This document shows positions 17,374-26,062 of a DNA stretch of 64,000 bases, one piece after another. Source of the stretch: an uncultured delta proteobacterium. GTDB taxonomy: Bacteria > Desulfobacterota > Binatia > JACPRU01. Every line of letters begins with the position of its first letter. Within the stretch, counting starts at the first letter, position 1. The position numbers and the translations under genes are program-made. The notes beneath the pieces are model-generated. The model made no database searches and was not told where the DNA came from. It saw only the letters and a program-made list of their open reading frames with translations. The stretch spans positions 209,447-273,446 of the forward strand of contig CAVQEA010000003.1 in assembly GCA_963711395.1 (NCBI GenBank). The letters run 5' to 3'.

Positions 17374-18459
17374 ATGCGCTGCGCGGGGCTCAGCCGCTTG
17401 CGTCTCGGCACGGCCCCCCGTCTACCCCGCGACGGCGCAAGGGCTCAAGCTCGCCGAGCCGAAGCCGCATGGACCCGCCGGTTCCTCGCATACTATAGCC
17501 TCCCGGTGTCCCCGCTCCCCGAGGAGATCGACGCGCAGCCGCGGCTCTCGACCGGCTCGCTGCTGGTCCGCGCCACCCGCCTGCCGTTCCTGACGGCGAC
17601 GCTGGTGTCGGTGTTCCTCGGCTTGGCGATCGCCGCGCACGATGCGCCGTTTCGCTGGGACTTGGCGATCCTCACGACGATCGCAGCGTGCGCCGTTCAT
17701 CTCGGGCTCAACGTCGCCAACGACGTCTTCGACACGCTGAGCGGCGCGGACGCGGCCAACCCCACGCCGACGGCCTTCAGCGGCGGATCCCGGGTCATCG
17801 TCGACGGGCTCGTCTCCGTCCCGCAGATGGTCGCGCTCGGCGCCGTCTGCTACGCCGTCGGGCTCGGCATCGGCCTCTACCTGGCGATCGAGCGCGGCTT
17901 CTGGCCGCTCTTCTCGATCGGCGCCGCCGGCGCCTTCATCAGCATCGCCTACACGGCGCCGCCGTTTCGCCTGGTGCATCGCGGCCTCGGCGAGATCGCC
18001 GTGGCGCTCGGCTTCGGCCCGGTCATGACGCTCGGGGCCTACTCCGTGGGGGCGCAGCGCCTGTCGTGGGAGGCGGCCTACGCCTCGGCGCCCGTCGGCA
18101 TCCTGATCGCCCTCGTGCTCTACGTGAACGAGGTGCCGGACCGCCGCGGCGACGCGCTCGCCGGCAAGCGAACGCTGCCGGTGCGGCTGTCGCGCGAGGC
18201 GATCGTCGGCGGCTACGGGGGCGCCGCGGCGGTCGCCTTCGCGCTGATCGTGCTGGGCGCGGCGAGCGGCGTGATGGCGCGCCCGTCCATCGTGGCCGTG
18301 GCGGCGGCGCCGCTGGCCGTGTCCGTCTATCGCGGACTACGCACGGGATACGACGATCCGTCCGCGCTGGTGCCGGTGATGGCGCGGAACATCCAGCTTC
18401 ACCTCGCCACCGGGCTCTTGCTGATCGCCGGATACCTCGTCGCGCTGCTCGCGCGCTGA
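17374..18459 (+). CDS. UbiA-superfamily prenyltransferase, MenA-like
   Basis: Multiple TM helices and the Asp-rich motif NVANDVFDTLSGAD (NDxxDxxxGxD). The start is uncertain (ATG 17374 or in-frame GTG 17506). Confidence 0.7.
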   Translation: MRCAGLSRLRLGTAPRLPRDGARAQARRAEAAWTRRFLAYYSLPVSPLPEEIDAQPRLSTGSLLVRATRLPFLTATLVSVFLGLAIAAHDAPFRWDLAILTTIAACAVHLGLNVANDVFDTLSGADAANPTPTAFSGGSRVIVDGLVSVPQMVALGAVCYAVGLGIGLYLAIERGFWPLFSIGAAGAFISIAYTAPPFRLVHRGLGEIAVALGFGPVMTLGAYSVGAQRLSWEAAYASAPVGILIALVLYVNEVPDRRGDALAGKRTLPVRLSREAIVGGYGGAAAVAFALIVLGAASGVMARPSIVAVAAAPLAVSVYRGLRTGYDDPSALVPVMARNIQLHLATGLLLIAGYLVALLAR

Positions 18460-18470
18460 GCCCGCCGCGA

Positions 18471-18926
18471 TCAGCGGACGACCAGCACCGGACAGTGCGC
18501 GTGGCGGATCACGCGCTCCACCACGCTGCCGAGGAAGAAGTGCTTGACTCCCGTGCGGCCGTGCGTGGCGATGACCAAGAGATCGGCGTGCTCCTCTTGC
18601 GCCAGACGCAGGATCTCGGTGATCGGCTCGCCGTGCGTCACTTGCGCGCGATGCTTCACCTGCGACAACGGAGGGTCTTTGGGCACGCGCTCGAGGAGGG
18701 CTTTCTGCGCGTGCTCCTCCGCGAGCCGGCGCTGTTCCGGCTTGAACAGCTCGGACGCCGAGTAGTGCGCGTAGAGCGGGCTCGGCGTGGGCGGCGTCTC
18801 GATCACGTGACAAAGCACGACCTCGGCGCCGTGATCGGCGCCGACGCGGAAGGCGTGCCCGATCGCCGCGTCCCCGAGCTCGGAGAAATCCGTCGTGACC
18901 AGCACCCGCTTGAAGTCCTCGTACAT
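18471..18926 (-). CDS. Universal stress protein (UspA family)
   Basis: 151 aa. RVLVTTDFSE ... ATHGRTGVKHFFLGSVVERVIRHAHCPVLVV. Confidence 0.85.
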   Translation of the reverse strand: MYEDFKRVLVTTDFSELGDAAIGHAFRVGADHGAEVVLCHVIETPPTPSPLYAHYSASELFKPEQRRLAEEHAQKALLERVPKDPPLSQVKHRAQVTHGEPITEILRLAQEEHADLLVIATHGRTGVKHFFLGSVVERVIRHAHCPVLVVR

Positions 18927-18939
18927 AATGTCCCCTCAG

Positions 18940-19812
18940 TCAGTCGTGGGTGATCAGCAACGTGGCTACGCCGCTCGGTTCCCCGTTCACGGTAGAGACT
19001 CGCGTCCCAGGCTTGCGCCCGGCGCGGACTTCGGTGACGTCGAATCCCTCGCGCACCAGACGGCGTCGCGCCGCTTCGATGTTCGCCGTTCGATAAGAAA
19101 CGCCCCACAGGCGGTCCTCGCTCTCGCGATCCGTAGCCGTCAGAGGCGCGGCGAGCTCCACCGTCACGCCGCCGACGCGGAAGAAGAGGAGCCGCATCCC
19201 CCATTGCGGGAAGCTCTTGTCGAGGGCAAGCCGCAAGCCGAGCTGTCGCCCGTAGAGATCGGAGGACCGATCCGGATCGGAGGTACGAACCACCACGTGA
19301 TCGCAACCCGAGATCGCCGATGCCGCGTCCTCGACGGGCACCGCGCCCGGCAACAGGTCGGCCGCCGAGCGGTGCTCGATGGCGAACAAGGTGACGCCGC
19401 GCGTCTCGGCGGGAGGCAGAAAGACGTTACGCCAGCGCCGCTCGATGCCCTTCGTGCTCTCCGTTCCCGAGCCTTCCGCCGGCGCCGGAGCCGACAACCC
19501 GCGCTGCCGGAACTCTTGCGCGGCCGCCGCCGCATCCGGGGTGCCGAATGCGAGCGCGAAGAGCCCCTCGCCGCGTCCTTCGATCCACTCGGTCAACGGA
19601 GCAGTGAACGAACCGGAGCCGCACGGGGCGAGGAGCTCCACGTAGAGGTTGTCGAGGCGAAAAAGCACGTTGGCGGTGCCGTACGCGGGATGCAAACCGC
19701 GCCACGACGGGCGGCGACCGAGCAGGCGGGTCTGTACCTCGGTGGCGGCATCGAGGTCGCGTACCGCGATGACGATGTGATCGAGCGCGGCGAGCATCGG
19801 CTCCACGACCAT
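18940..19812 (-). CDS. Two-domain VOC (glyoxalase/bleomycin-resistance/dioxygenase) family protein
   Basis: LDHIVIAVRDLD and CDHVVVRTSDPD begin two tandem VOC modules. ATG at 19810-19812 was chosen over the longer ORF start. Confidence 0.7.
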   Translation of the reverse strand: MVVEPMLAALDHIVIAVRDLDAATEVQTRLLGRRPSWRGLHPAYGTANVLFRLDNLYVELLAPCGSGSFTAPLTEWIEGRGEGLFALAFGTPDAAAAAQEFRQRGLSAPAPAEGSGTESTKGIERRWRNVFLPPAETRGVTLFAIEHRSAADLLPGAVPVEDAASAISGCDHVVVRTSDPDRSSDLYGRQLGLRLALDKSFPQWGMRLLFFRVGGVTVELAAPLTATDRESEDRLWGVSYRTANIEAARRRLVREGFDVTEVRAGRKPGTRVSTVNGEPSGVATLLITHD

Positions 19813-19911
19813 TAGCCGTTCAACGCGCCCTTCGCCATGCGTTGGCGACCCTCGCCGGCGCCATGCTAAAAATTGTCGGAAGCCGCCAACGCACGGGGCC
19901 GGAGAAAGACC

Positions 19912-20913
19912 ATGGGCATCCGCGACTTCCTCAAGAAACAGTTCGTCGACGTCATCCACTGGACCGAGGAGGCCGACGGCGTGCTCGCCTACCGGTTTCC
20001 GATGCAGGACTTCGAGATCCAATACGGCGCCCAGCTCACGGTGCGCGAATCACAGATGGCGGTGTTCGTCGACGAGGGAGAGATCGCCGACGTCTTCGCC
20101 CCGGGACGACGCACGCTCACCACGCAGACGCTGCCGCTGCTCACCAACCTCAAGAACTGGGACAAGCTCTTTCAGTCGCCGTTCAAATCCGACGTCTACT
20201 TCTATTCGACGCGTCTGCAGTTGAACCAGAAGTGGGGCACGCCGAACCCGATCACGATCCGCGACAAGGAGTTCGGCGCGGTGCGCCTGCGGGCCTTCGG
20301 CATTTATTCGTACAAGATCGCCGATCCGAAGGCGTTCTATCTCAACGTCAGCGGCACGCGCGCCGTCTACACGGTCGACGACCTCGAGGGGCAGCTGCGC
20401 AACACGATCGTCGCGTCGATCACCGACCTGTTCGGCGAGTCCGGCATCGCCTTCCTCGACATGGCGGCGAATCAGCAGGAGCTCGGCGCGCTGCTCGAGA
20501 CGAGAGTCGAGCCGATGTTCCAGCAATACGGGCTCTTGCTCGATCGATTTCAGGTCGAGAACGTGTCGCTGCCGGAGGAGCTGCAAAAGATCCTCGATCA
20601 GCGGATCGGCATGGGCGTGGTCGGTGACATGGGCCGCTATGCACAGTTCCAAACCGCGCAGTCGATTCCGGTCGCCGCCGCCAACCAGGGCGGTGCGGCG
20701 GGCGTCGGAGCGGGCCTCGGGGCCGGAGTCGCCATCGGGCAGACCATGGCGGCGGGCATCGGCGCCGCCGCGCAGAGCGCGAAGCCCGCTGCCGAGGCCG
20801 CCGGCGAGGTGACCTCTGCCATCGAGAAGCTCCACGAGCTGATGACCAAGGGGATTCTCACGCAGCAGGAGTTCGACGCGAAGAAGACCGAGCTCTTGAA
20901 GAAGCTCGGGTAG
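19912..20913 (+). CDS. SPFH-domain protein with C-terminal SHOCT-like helix
   Basis: The N-terminus MGIRDFLKKQFVDVIHWTE is typical of this family. A Gly/Ala-rich linker precedes ...GILTQQEFDAKKTELLKKLG. Confidence 0.75.
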   Translation: MGIRDFLKKQFVDVIHWTEEADGVLAYRFPMQDFEIQYGAQLTVRESQMAVFVDEGEIADVFAPGRRTLTTQTLPLLTNLKNWDKLFQSPFKSDVYFYSTRLQLNQKWGTPNPITIRDKEFGAVRLRAFGIYSYKIADPKAFYLNVSGTRAVYTVDDLEGQLRNTIVASITDLFGESGIAFLDMAANQQELGALLETRVEPMFQQYGLLLDRFQVENVSLPEELQKILDQRIGMGVVGDMGRYAQFQTAQSIPVAAANQGGAAGVGAGLGAGVAIGQTMAAGIGAAAQSAKPAAEAAGEVTSAIEKLHELMTKGILTQQEFDAKKTELLKKLG

Positions 20914-20919
20914 CCGGGC

Positions 20920-21951
20920 TCAACCCGGAGCTCGGCGAAACGCCGGCAGCACCTCGCGCGCGAACAGCTCGAGCGCACGAGTCCCCTTCGCAGGGTCCAT
21001 CCCCGGGAGCTGCGTGCTCATGATGAAGTGGGTGCAGCTCCGATACTCCCGGCGGAAGCGCTCGAGCTTCTCAGCCACCTGATCAGGCGTGCCGATCATC
21101 ACGGCCCGGCCGAAGCCCGATCGGCGAATGTCCGCCGGCCGCTCGACCGTCCACATCGCATCGTCTCCGGGGACATCGTTGGCCTCGCCGAGGATCCGTC
21201 CGTAGTACTGCATCATGCTGAAGATGTGCTCTTCGGTCTCTTGCCACGCGCGATCCTCGGTCTCCGCCACGTAGACCATGCGGAGCTGGGCGATCGAGTA
21301 CTCTGCCGCGTCGCGACCGCACCGCCCGAGCTCGTCCAGGTACCAGGGCGCCGGATCGGGCCCCAGCGTGGCCATCAGGTGGCACCCCGTGCGGGCGACG
21401 CGTCGCACCGCCTTCTCGGCGCGTGCGCCGATCCACAGCGGCGGACCCGGCTGCTGCACCGGGCGCGGCGAAAGCGCGAGATCCTTCACCCGCGTGAAAC
21501 GACCGTCGAACGTCACGCGCTCTTCCTTCCAAAGCCTCTGCAAGAGCTCCACGCCTTCGGCCAGTCGCGCCGACCGCTCCGCGCGGGGCATGCACAGCGC
21601 CGCGAACTCGTCGTGCGAGTAGCCCTGGCCGACGCCGAGGTCGAAGCGGCCATTCGAAAGGATGTCGACGCAGGTCGCGTCTTCGGCGACGCGCACGGGA
21701 TGATGGAACGGCAGCAGCAAGACGAACGTGCCGATGCGGATCCGCGAAGTGCGCGCGGCCACTGCAGCGGCCGTGGTCAACAGCGAGGGGTTGTAGCCGT
21801 CCGTCGTGAAGTGGTGCTCGGTCAGCCAGACGTCGTCGTACCCGAGCTCCTCGGCGCGGCAGATCTGGTCCACGATCGATCGATAGAGCTCGGGAAACGG
21901 ACGGCGCCAGGGAAGCGGGTTGCGAAAGTCTTCCATGAAACCGAATCTCAT
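20920..21951 (-). CDS. LLM-class (luciferase-like) flavin/F420-dependent oxidoreductase
   Basis: MRFGFMEDF..., LGYDDVWLTEHHF, GRFDLGVGQGY. Confidence 0.8.
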   Translation of the reverse strand: MRFGFMEDFRNPLPWRRPFPELYRSIVDQICRAEELGYDDVWLTEHHFTTDGYNPSLLTTAAAVAARTSRIRIGTFVLLLPFHHPVRVAEDATCVDILSNGRFDLGVGQGYSHDEFAALCMPRAERSARLAEGVELLQRLWKEERVTFDGRFTRVKDLALSPRPVQQPGPPLWIGARAEKAVRRVARTGCHLMATLGPDPAPWYLDELGRCGRDAAEYSIAQLRMVYVAETEDRAWQETEEHIFSMMQYYGRILGEANDVPGDDAMWTVERPADIRRSGFGRAVMIGTPDQVAEKLERFRREYRSCTHFIMSTQLPGMDPAKGTRALELFAREVLPAFRRAPG

Positions 21952-22097
21952 CGGCACCTCCACGCCGTGCGGATGAAGCGAGCACGGCCGGCCCAAGCCA
22001 GACCGTCATCTATCTCGACTCGGCATCGTTCCGCCAGCCCGAGCCCGGCGCGCGGGCGACGGTGGACTTGCTCAACCCGCGAGCATACATAGGAGCC

Positions 22098-23231
22098 ATG
22101 CAGAAAGATTCGAAGGCGCCGCGCAAAAGGGCGGCGCCGAGCAAGAGCGGCGCCTCCCGCAAGACCGCGCCGAGCGCCGCTCGACCCTCGCCCGCCAAGC
22201 CGCGAGCGGCCACGCCGTCAAGCGGCGCCCGGCGTGCGGTGTTCATAGACGTGGAGAATACCAGCAGCGAAGCCGCGTTGATCGGCGCGCTCGATCAACT
22301 GCAGATCGATCGCGTGACCGTCCCGACCGAGCTGGTCGCGGTCGGCAACTGGCGCGTCATCGGACAGCACGTCGCGCGCATGCTCGCGCAACGGGGCGCA
22401 CGCTTGCTTCACACGGCGCCCGCGACGGGCGTCAAGGATTGGAGCGATCTATCGATCGCCGTGGCGGCGGGAATCTGGCTCGGCCGCGCCCAGCAGGGTG
22501 ATCAGATCGAGATCGTATCCGCCGATCGCGCCTTCGACGCCGTCGCCGATGCCGCCGCGAACCTCGGCGTGACTTTCCGTCGCCTGACATACGGGCCGCT
22601 CTCCGGACTGGCGGAAGCGATCGCACCCGCCGAAGGCGATACCCCTCACCGGCGTAGTCGGCGAGGCGGGAGACGCCGGCGGCGCAGCCTTCCCGCACCC
22701 GCGCCGTGGGGCGGCGCGTCGGCACCCGAACCGGCGCGGCCCGTCGAAAGCGCGCGCGCGTTGCCCGCATCGTCCCAGGGGGTCGAGGCTACGAACGGCG
22801 TCTCCAAAGACATCCAGGGCGCGACTCCGGAGCAGATCATCGCCACGATCGCGCGCATCACGTCGCGGGCGCCGGAGCGCGGCGTGAACCTGGACCTGCT
22901 GATCAACGCGCTCAAGGCGGAGGGCTTCGGCCGACCTGCGGGGTCGCCGAGGCTGGTCACGCGGCTGCGCAAGATGAAAGACGTCGAAGTGAGCCCGACC
23001 GGGATGGTGCGGCTGGTGAGCTTGCCCCCCGGTCCGCTGCCGATCGACCTGCCGGCGATCGCGACCGCCGATCCTACGAAGGCGGTGATCAAGCCTTCGA
23101 CTCCGACGCTACTCGCGCCTCCCAAGATCGACGGCAAGAAGCCGCGCCAGCGTGGCGGCCGTGGACGCCGCCGCCCGAAGGCCGAGTCGGCGCGCGCGAC
23201 CGTGTCCCCGGCCAGTGAGGCCCAGGGCTGA
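22098..23231 (+). CDS. NYN (LabA-like) domain protein with basic termini and a LOTUS/OST-HTH-like C-terminal module
   Basis: VFIDVENTS...DWSDLSIAVAAG...IEIVSADRAFDAV...GVTF matches the NYN/PIN-like layout. The C-terminal TPEQIIATIARITS...VNLDLLINALKAEGF resembles LOTUS. AGGAG lies just upstream of ATG 22098. Confidence 0.6.
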   Translation: MQKDSKAPRKRAAPSKSGASRKTAPSAARPSPAKPRAATPSSGARRAVFIDVENTSSEAALIGALDQLQIDRVTVPTELVAVGNWRVIGQHVARMLAQRGARLLHTAPATGVKDWSDLSIAVAAGIWLGRAQQGDQIEIVSADRAFDAVADAAANLGVTFRRLTYGPLSGLAEAIAPAEGDTPHRRSRRGGRRRRRSLPAPAPWGGASAPEPARPVESARALPASSQGVEATNGVSKDIQGATPEQIIATIARITSRAPERGVNLDLLINALKAEGFGRPAGSPRLVTRLRKMKDVEVSPTGMVRLVSLPPGPLPIDLPAIATADPTKAVIKPSTPTLLAPPKIDGKKPRQRGGRGRRRPKAESARATVSPASEAQG

Positions 23232-23237
23232 GGAGGG

Positions 23238-23666
23238 CTAGAGCGGCGAGAGCTCGACGACCGGGATCACTCGCGTCGTCTTCTTCTGGTAGCTCGCGTA
23301 CGGCGGGTAGAGAGCCAGCAGCTTCGGCCAGATCTTGCCCGCTTCGTCCGCGCCGAGCGTGCGGGCGCGATACTCGCCCTCGCTGCTGCCGGTCTCGACC
23401 TTCACCTCCGGATTCGCGGTGAGGTTCAGGTACCAGCCGGGGTGCGCATCGTTTCCCCCGAACGACGCTACGAGGTAGAGCTTCCCGCCGTCTTCGACGT
23501 AGAGGAGCGGCGTCGACGACTCGCGCCCGGTCTTGCGCCCGCGAGTCGTGAGCAAGAGCGTGCTGCGAAACGCTCCGGGGCCACTCGCCCCGAATCGACG
23601 GAAGAGGCTCGTGTGCACGCGGCTGAAACCGCGGATCGTAGCCTCGAGGAGCGGATGCATCTTCAT
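23238..23666 (-). CDS. Deazaflavin (F420H2)-dependent nitroreductase family protein (DDN-like)
   Basis: LLTTRGRKTGRESSTPLLY...GGKLYLVASFGGNDAHPGWYLNLTANPEV... Confidence 0.8.
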   Translation of the reverse strand: MKMHPLLEATIRGFSRVHTSLFRRFGASGPGAFRSTLLLTTRGRKTGRESSTPLLYVEDGGKLYLVASFGGNDAHPGWYLNLTANPEVKVETGSSEGEYRARTLGADEAGKIWPKLLALYPPYASYQKKTTRVIPVVELSPL

Positions 23667-24505
23667 GGCGAGCCTCCGAGCCGCCGAACGACGGCGGCGA
23701 GCCGTCCCGGAAAGTCGGACATCAGACCGTCTACACCAAGCCCGAGGAGCCGCGCCATTTCGGGCTCATCGTTGATCGTCCACACGTGTACCTCCAGTCC
23801 GCAGCGATGCGCGGCGTCCAGCGTCTCGGCGACCACCAACTCGACGTCGCCGACCCGCGGCGGAATCTGCAGCGCACGCGCGACCGGGGCATAGTCGCTC
23901 AGGCGATTCGTGAAGCAGCGCTCGAAGAAGTCGCGAGCTTCGCCGTACGCCGCGCTCGTCGGCACGTCGGGAGCCCTCTCACGGATGCGGCCCATGATAC
24001 GGTCGTCTTCGGCAGCCAGCAGCACGCGATCGAGGGCGCCGTGGCGACCAAGCAGCTCCACCACGGCCGCTTCGATGGGCGGCTCGTGTTGCTTGATCTC
24101 GATGTTGAGGGGAACGGCGGCAAACGCTTCGACGACGTCTTCGAGCGACGGCACGCGCACGCCGCGCCCGCGAAACGGATGCGTGCCTTCGGCCTCGAAA
24201 CGAAACCCGGCGTCGTGGCGCCGAACCTCCCTGAAGTCGAGCTCCCGCACCGCGCCCTCGCCGTTCGTCGTGCGCTCGAGAGTATCGTCGTGGATCACCA
24301 CGACGACGCCGTCGCGCGTGGCATGGACGTCGAGCTCGAGAACGGCGGCCCCGTCGTGAAGCGCGCGCTCGAAGGAGACCAGCGTATTCTCCGGCGCCAG
24401 CCCGGCCGCGCCGCGGTGACCGAACAGCCGAGGGCGAGGTCCCGAGAAGTAGGCGCCGCGCGGCATGACGCCTGCAGGCATCTCCGCCCGCGGAGCGGGT
24501 GTCAA
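23663..24505 (-). CDS. Glycerophosphodiester phosphodiesterase
   Basis: FGHRGAAGLAPENT, ELDVHATRDGVVVVIHDDTLERTTNG, VHVWTIN. Confidence 0.85.
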   Translation of the reverse strand: MTPAPRAEMPAGVMPRGAYFSGPRPRLFGHRGAAGLAPENTLVSFERALHDGAAVLELDVHATRDGVVVVIHDDTLERTTNGEGAVRELDFREVRRHDAGFRFEAEGTHPFRGRGVRVPSLEDVVEAFAAVPLNIEIKQHEPPIEAAVVELLGRHGALDRVLLAAEDDRIMGRIRERAPDVPTSAAYGEARDFFERCFTNRLSDYAPVARALQIPPRVGDVELVVAETLDAAHRCGLEVHVWTINDEPEMARLLGLGVDGLMSDFPGRLAAVVRRLGGSP

Positions 24506-25884
24506 TTCCTCGGCGGTCGCGCCGCGCTGGCGACCCGTACGTCGCTCGGCGCGGAGGCCAGCTGGCGCATCACGTCGTCGCGCACGCGCGCGAACTCACT
24601 ACTGTAACGCGCAGGAAGCGGCGGGGAGGCCGGCAGCTTCACGGTCATCGGGTTCACGTAAACGCCGCTCCGCCAAAGCGCGAAGTGAAGGTGCGGCCCG
24701 GTCGCCAGACCACTGGCGCCGACGCGGCCGATCATCTGCCCGACTTGAACGTGAGATCCCACACGCACGTTGCTGGCGATCGCTTGTAGATGAGAATAGC
24801 AAGACTCGATTCCGGACCCGTGGTCGATCTTGATGTGGCGACCCGAGCCCCCTTGCCACCCCGCGTACTCGACCCGCCCCGAGGCGATCGCTCGCACGGG
24901 CGTGCCCATCGGCGCCGCGAAGTCCACGCCGAGGTGCGGACGGTCGACGCCGAGCAGCGGATGGAATCGCGAGGAGGTGAATTGCGAGGTGATGCGAGTG
25001 AATTCCAGCGGATAACGCAGGAAGGAACGTCCGAACGACCTCCCCTGAGGAGTATAGTAGTTGCCGCCGTCGTCGTCCGCTTCGAAGTATACGGCGTCCC
25101 ACCGCTTGCCGCCGACGACGATTTCGGCGGCGAGCACGCGGCCACCTTGGATCTTACCGTCGACGTCGCCCTTCTCTTCGTAGACGACTCCGAACGTGTC
25201 GCCCGCCTGGAGGTCCGAGGAGAAGTCGATTTCCCAGCCGAAGACATCGACCATCGCGGAGATCACCGATTCCGGGACTTTGCGACGCGTCGCCGCGGCG
25301 TAGAGGCTGGATTCGATCGTGCCGCCAACGACGCGGACGTCGGCCATGCGTGGCAGCCGCTCCACCTGCGCGGTGATGTCATCGCCGTCCTCACGCATGA
25401 CGAGGGTCGACTCCGGCGTCAGCTCGTATTGCAAGCCCGAAAGCCGGTCGGTCCCGCTCGGCATCAGGAACGTGAAGCGATGACCCGCTTGAAGCCGCGC
25501 CAGGCTCACGTGTCGGCGGGTGGTCGCCGACCAGCGCGTCACCTCCTCGGCGCTCACCCCGACTCGGCGTAGGATACCTCCCAGTGTGTCCCCTTGCCGC
25601 ACGACTTCGTGGACGTCGCGAAGCTCCGGGGCGGCGGTGCTGAGCTCGACCGGTTCGGCTTCCTCGGCGACCGGCAGCGGCGCCTGCACCGTGTTCGCCG
25701 CAATCTGCTGCTTCAAGTGCTCGAGCACCACGTCGTTGTCGATCCGGAAGTTATTCGAGGAGTCGGCCGACTTGACCGTCACCAGTGTGAGCGCCAGCAA
25801 TCCGAAGGGTGCGAACAGAAGCCCTATCCGTATCGCCGACACCCGCACTCGCTCTGAGTGAGCGATTCTCCTCACGCTCCGCAT
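24502..25884 (-). CDS. M23-family murein DD-endopeptidase (MepM/YebA-like)
   Basis: N-terminal TM helix and an OapA/LysM-like region (VVRQGDTLGGILRR). M23 motifs HLGVDFAAPMGTPV, SCYSHL, GPHLHFAL. Confidence 0.85.
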   Translation of the reverse strand: MRSVRRIAHSERVRVSAIRIGLLFAPFGLLALTLVTVKSADSSNNFRIDNDVVLEHLKQQIAANTVQAPLPVAEEAEPVELSTAAPELRDVHEVVRQGDTLGGILRRVGVSAEEVTRWSATTRRHVSLARLQAGHRFTFLMPSGTDRLSGLQYELTPESTLVMREDGDDITAQVERLPRMADVRVVGGTIESSLYAAATRRKVPESVISAMVDVFGWEIDFSSDLQAGDTFGVVYEEKGDVDGKIQGGRVLAAEIVVGGKRWDAVYFEADDDGGNYYTPQGRSFGRSFLRYPLEFTRITSQFTSSRFHPLLGVDRPHLGVDFAAPMGTPVRAIASGRVEYAGWQGGSGRHIKIDHGSGIESCYSHLQAIASNVRVGSHVQVGQMIGRVGASGLATGPHLHFALWRSGVYVNPMTVKLPASPPLPARYSSEFARVRDDVMRQLASAPSDVRVASAARPPRN

Positions 25885-26062
25885 GACCGACCCAGCTCTC
25901 GAGCTCTCAGGAGTCCGCGCAGGTGTGCCACAAGAGGATATTTTGTCAAGGAAAAACTCGCCAGTTGGCCGGTCTTTTGGCTGCCTGCGGTGGGCATCGC
26001 GGTACGTTGCGGGCCCGTGGGACGGGTGTTAATTCTCGACGGGCGGATGAAGCGCGCCCTGC

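Noticed and set aside
20904-20930. Hairpin CCGGG-N5-CCCGG between the SPFH gene and the LLM gene, considered as a terminator
   Set aside because: It has only 5 bp of stem and no U-tract. Such short GC stems are expected by chance at this base composition.
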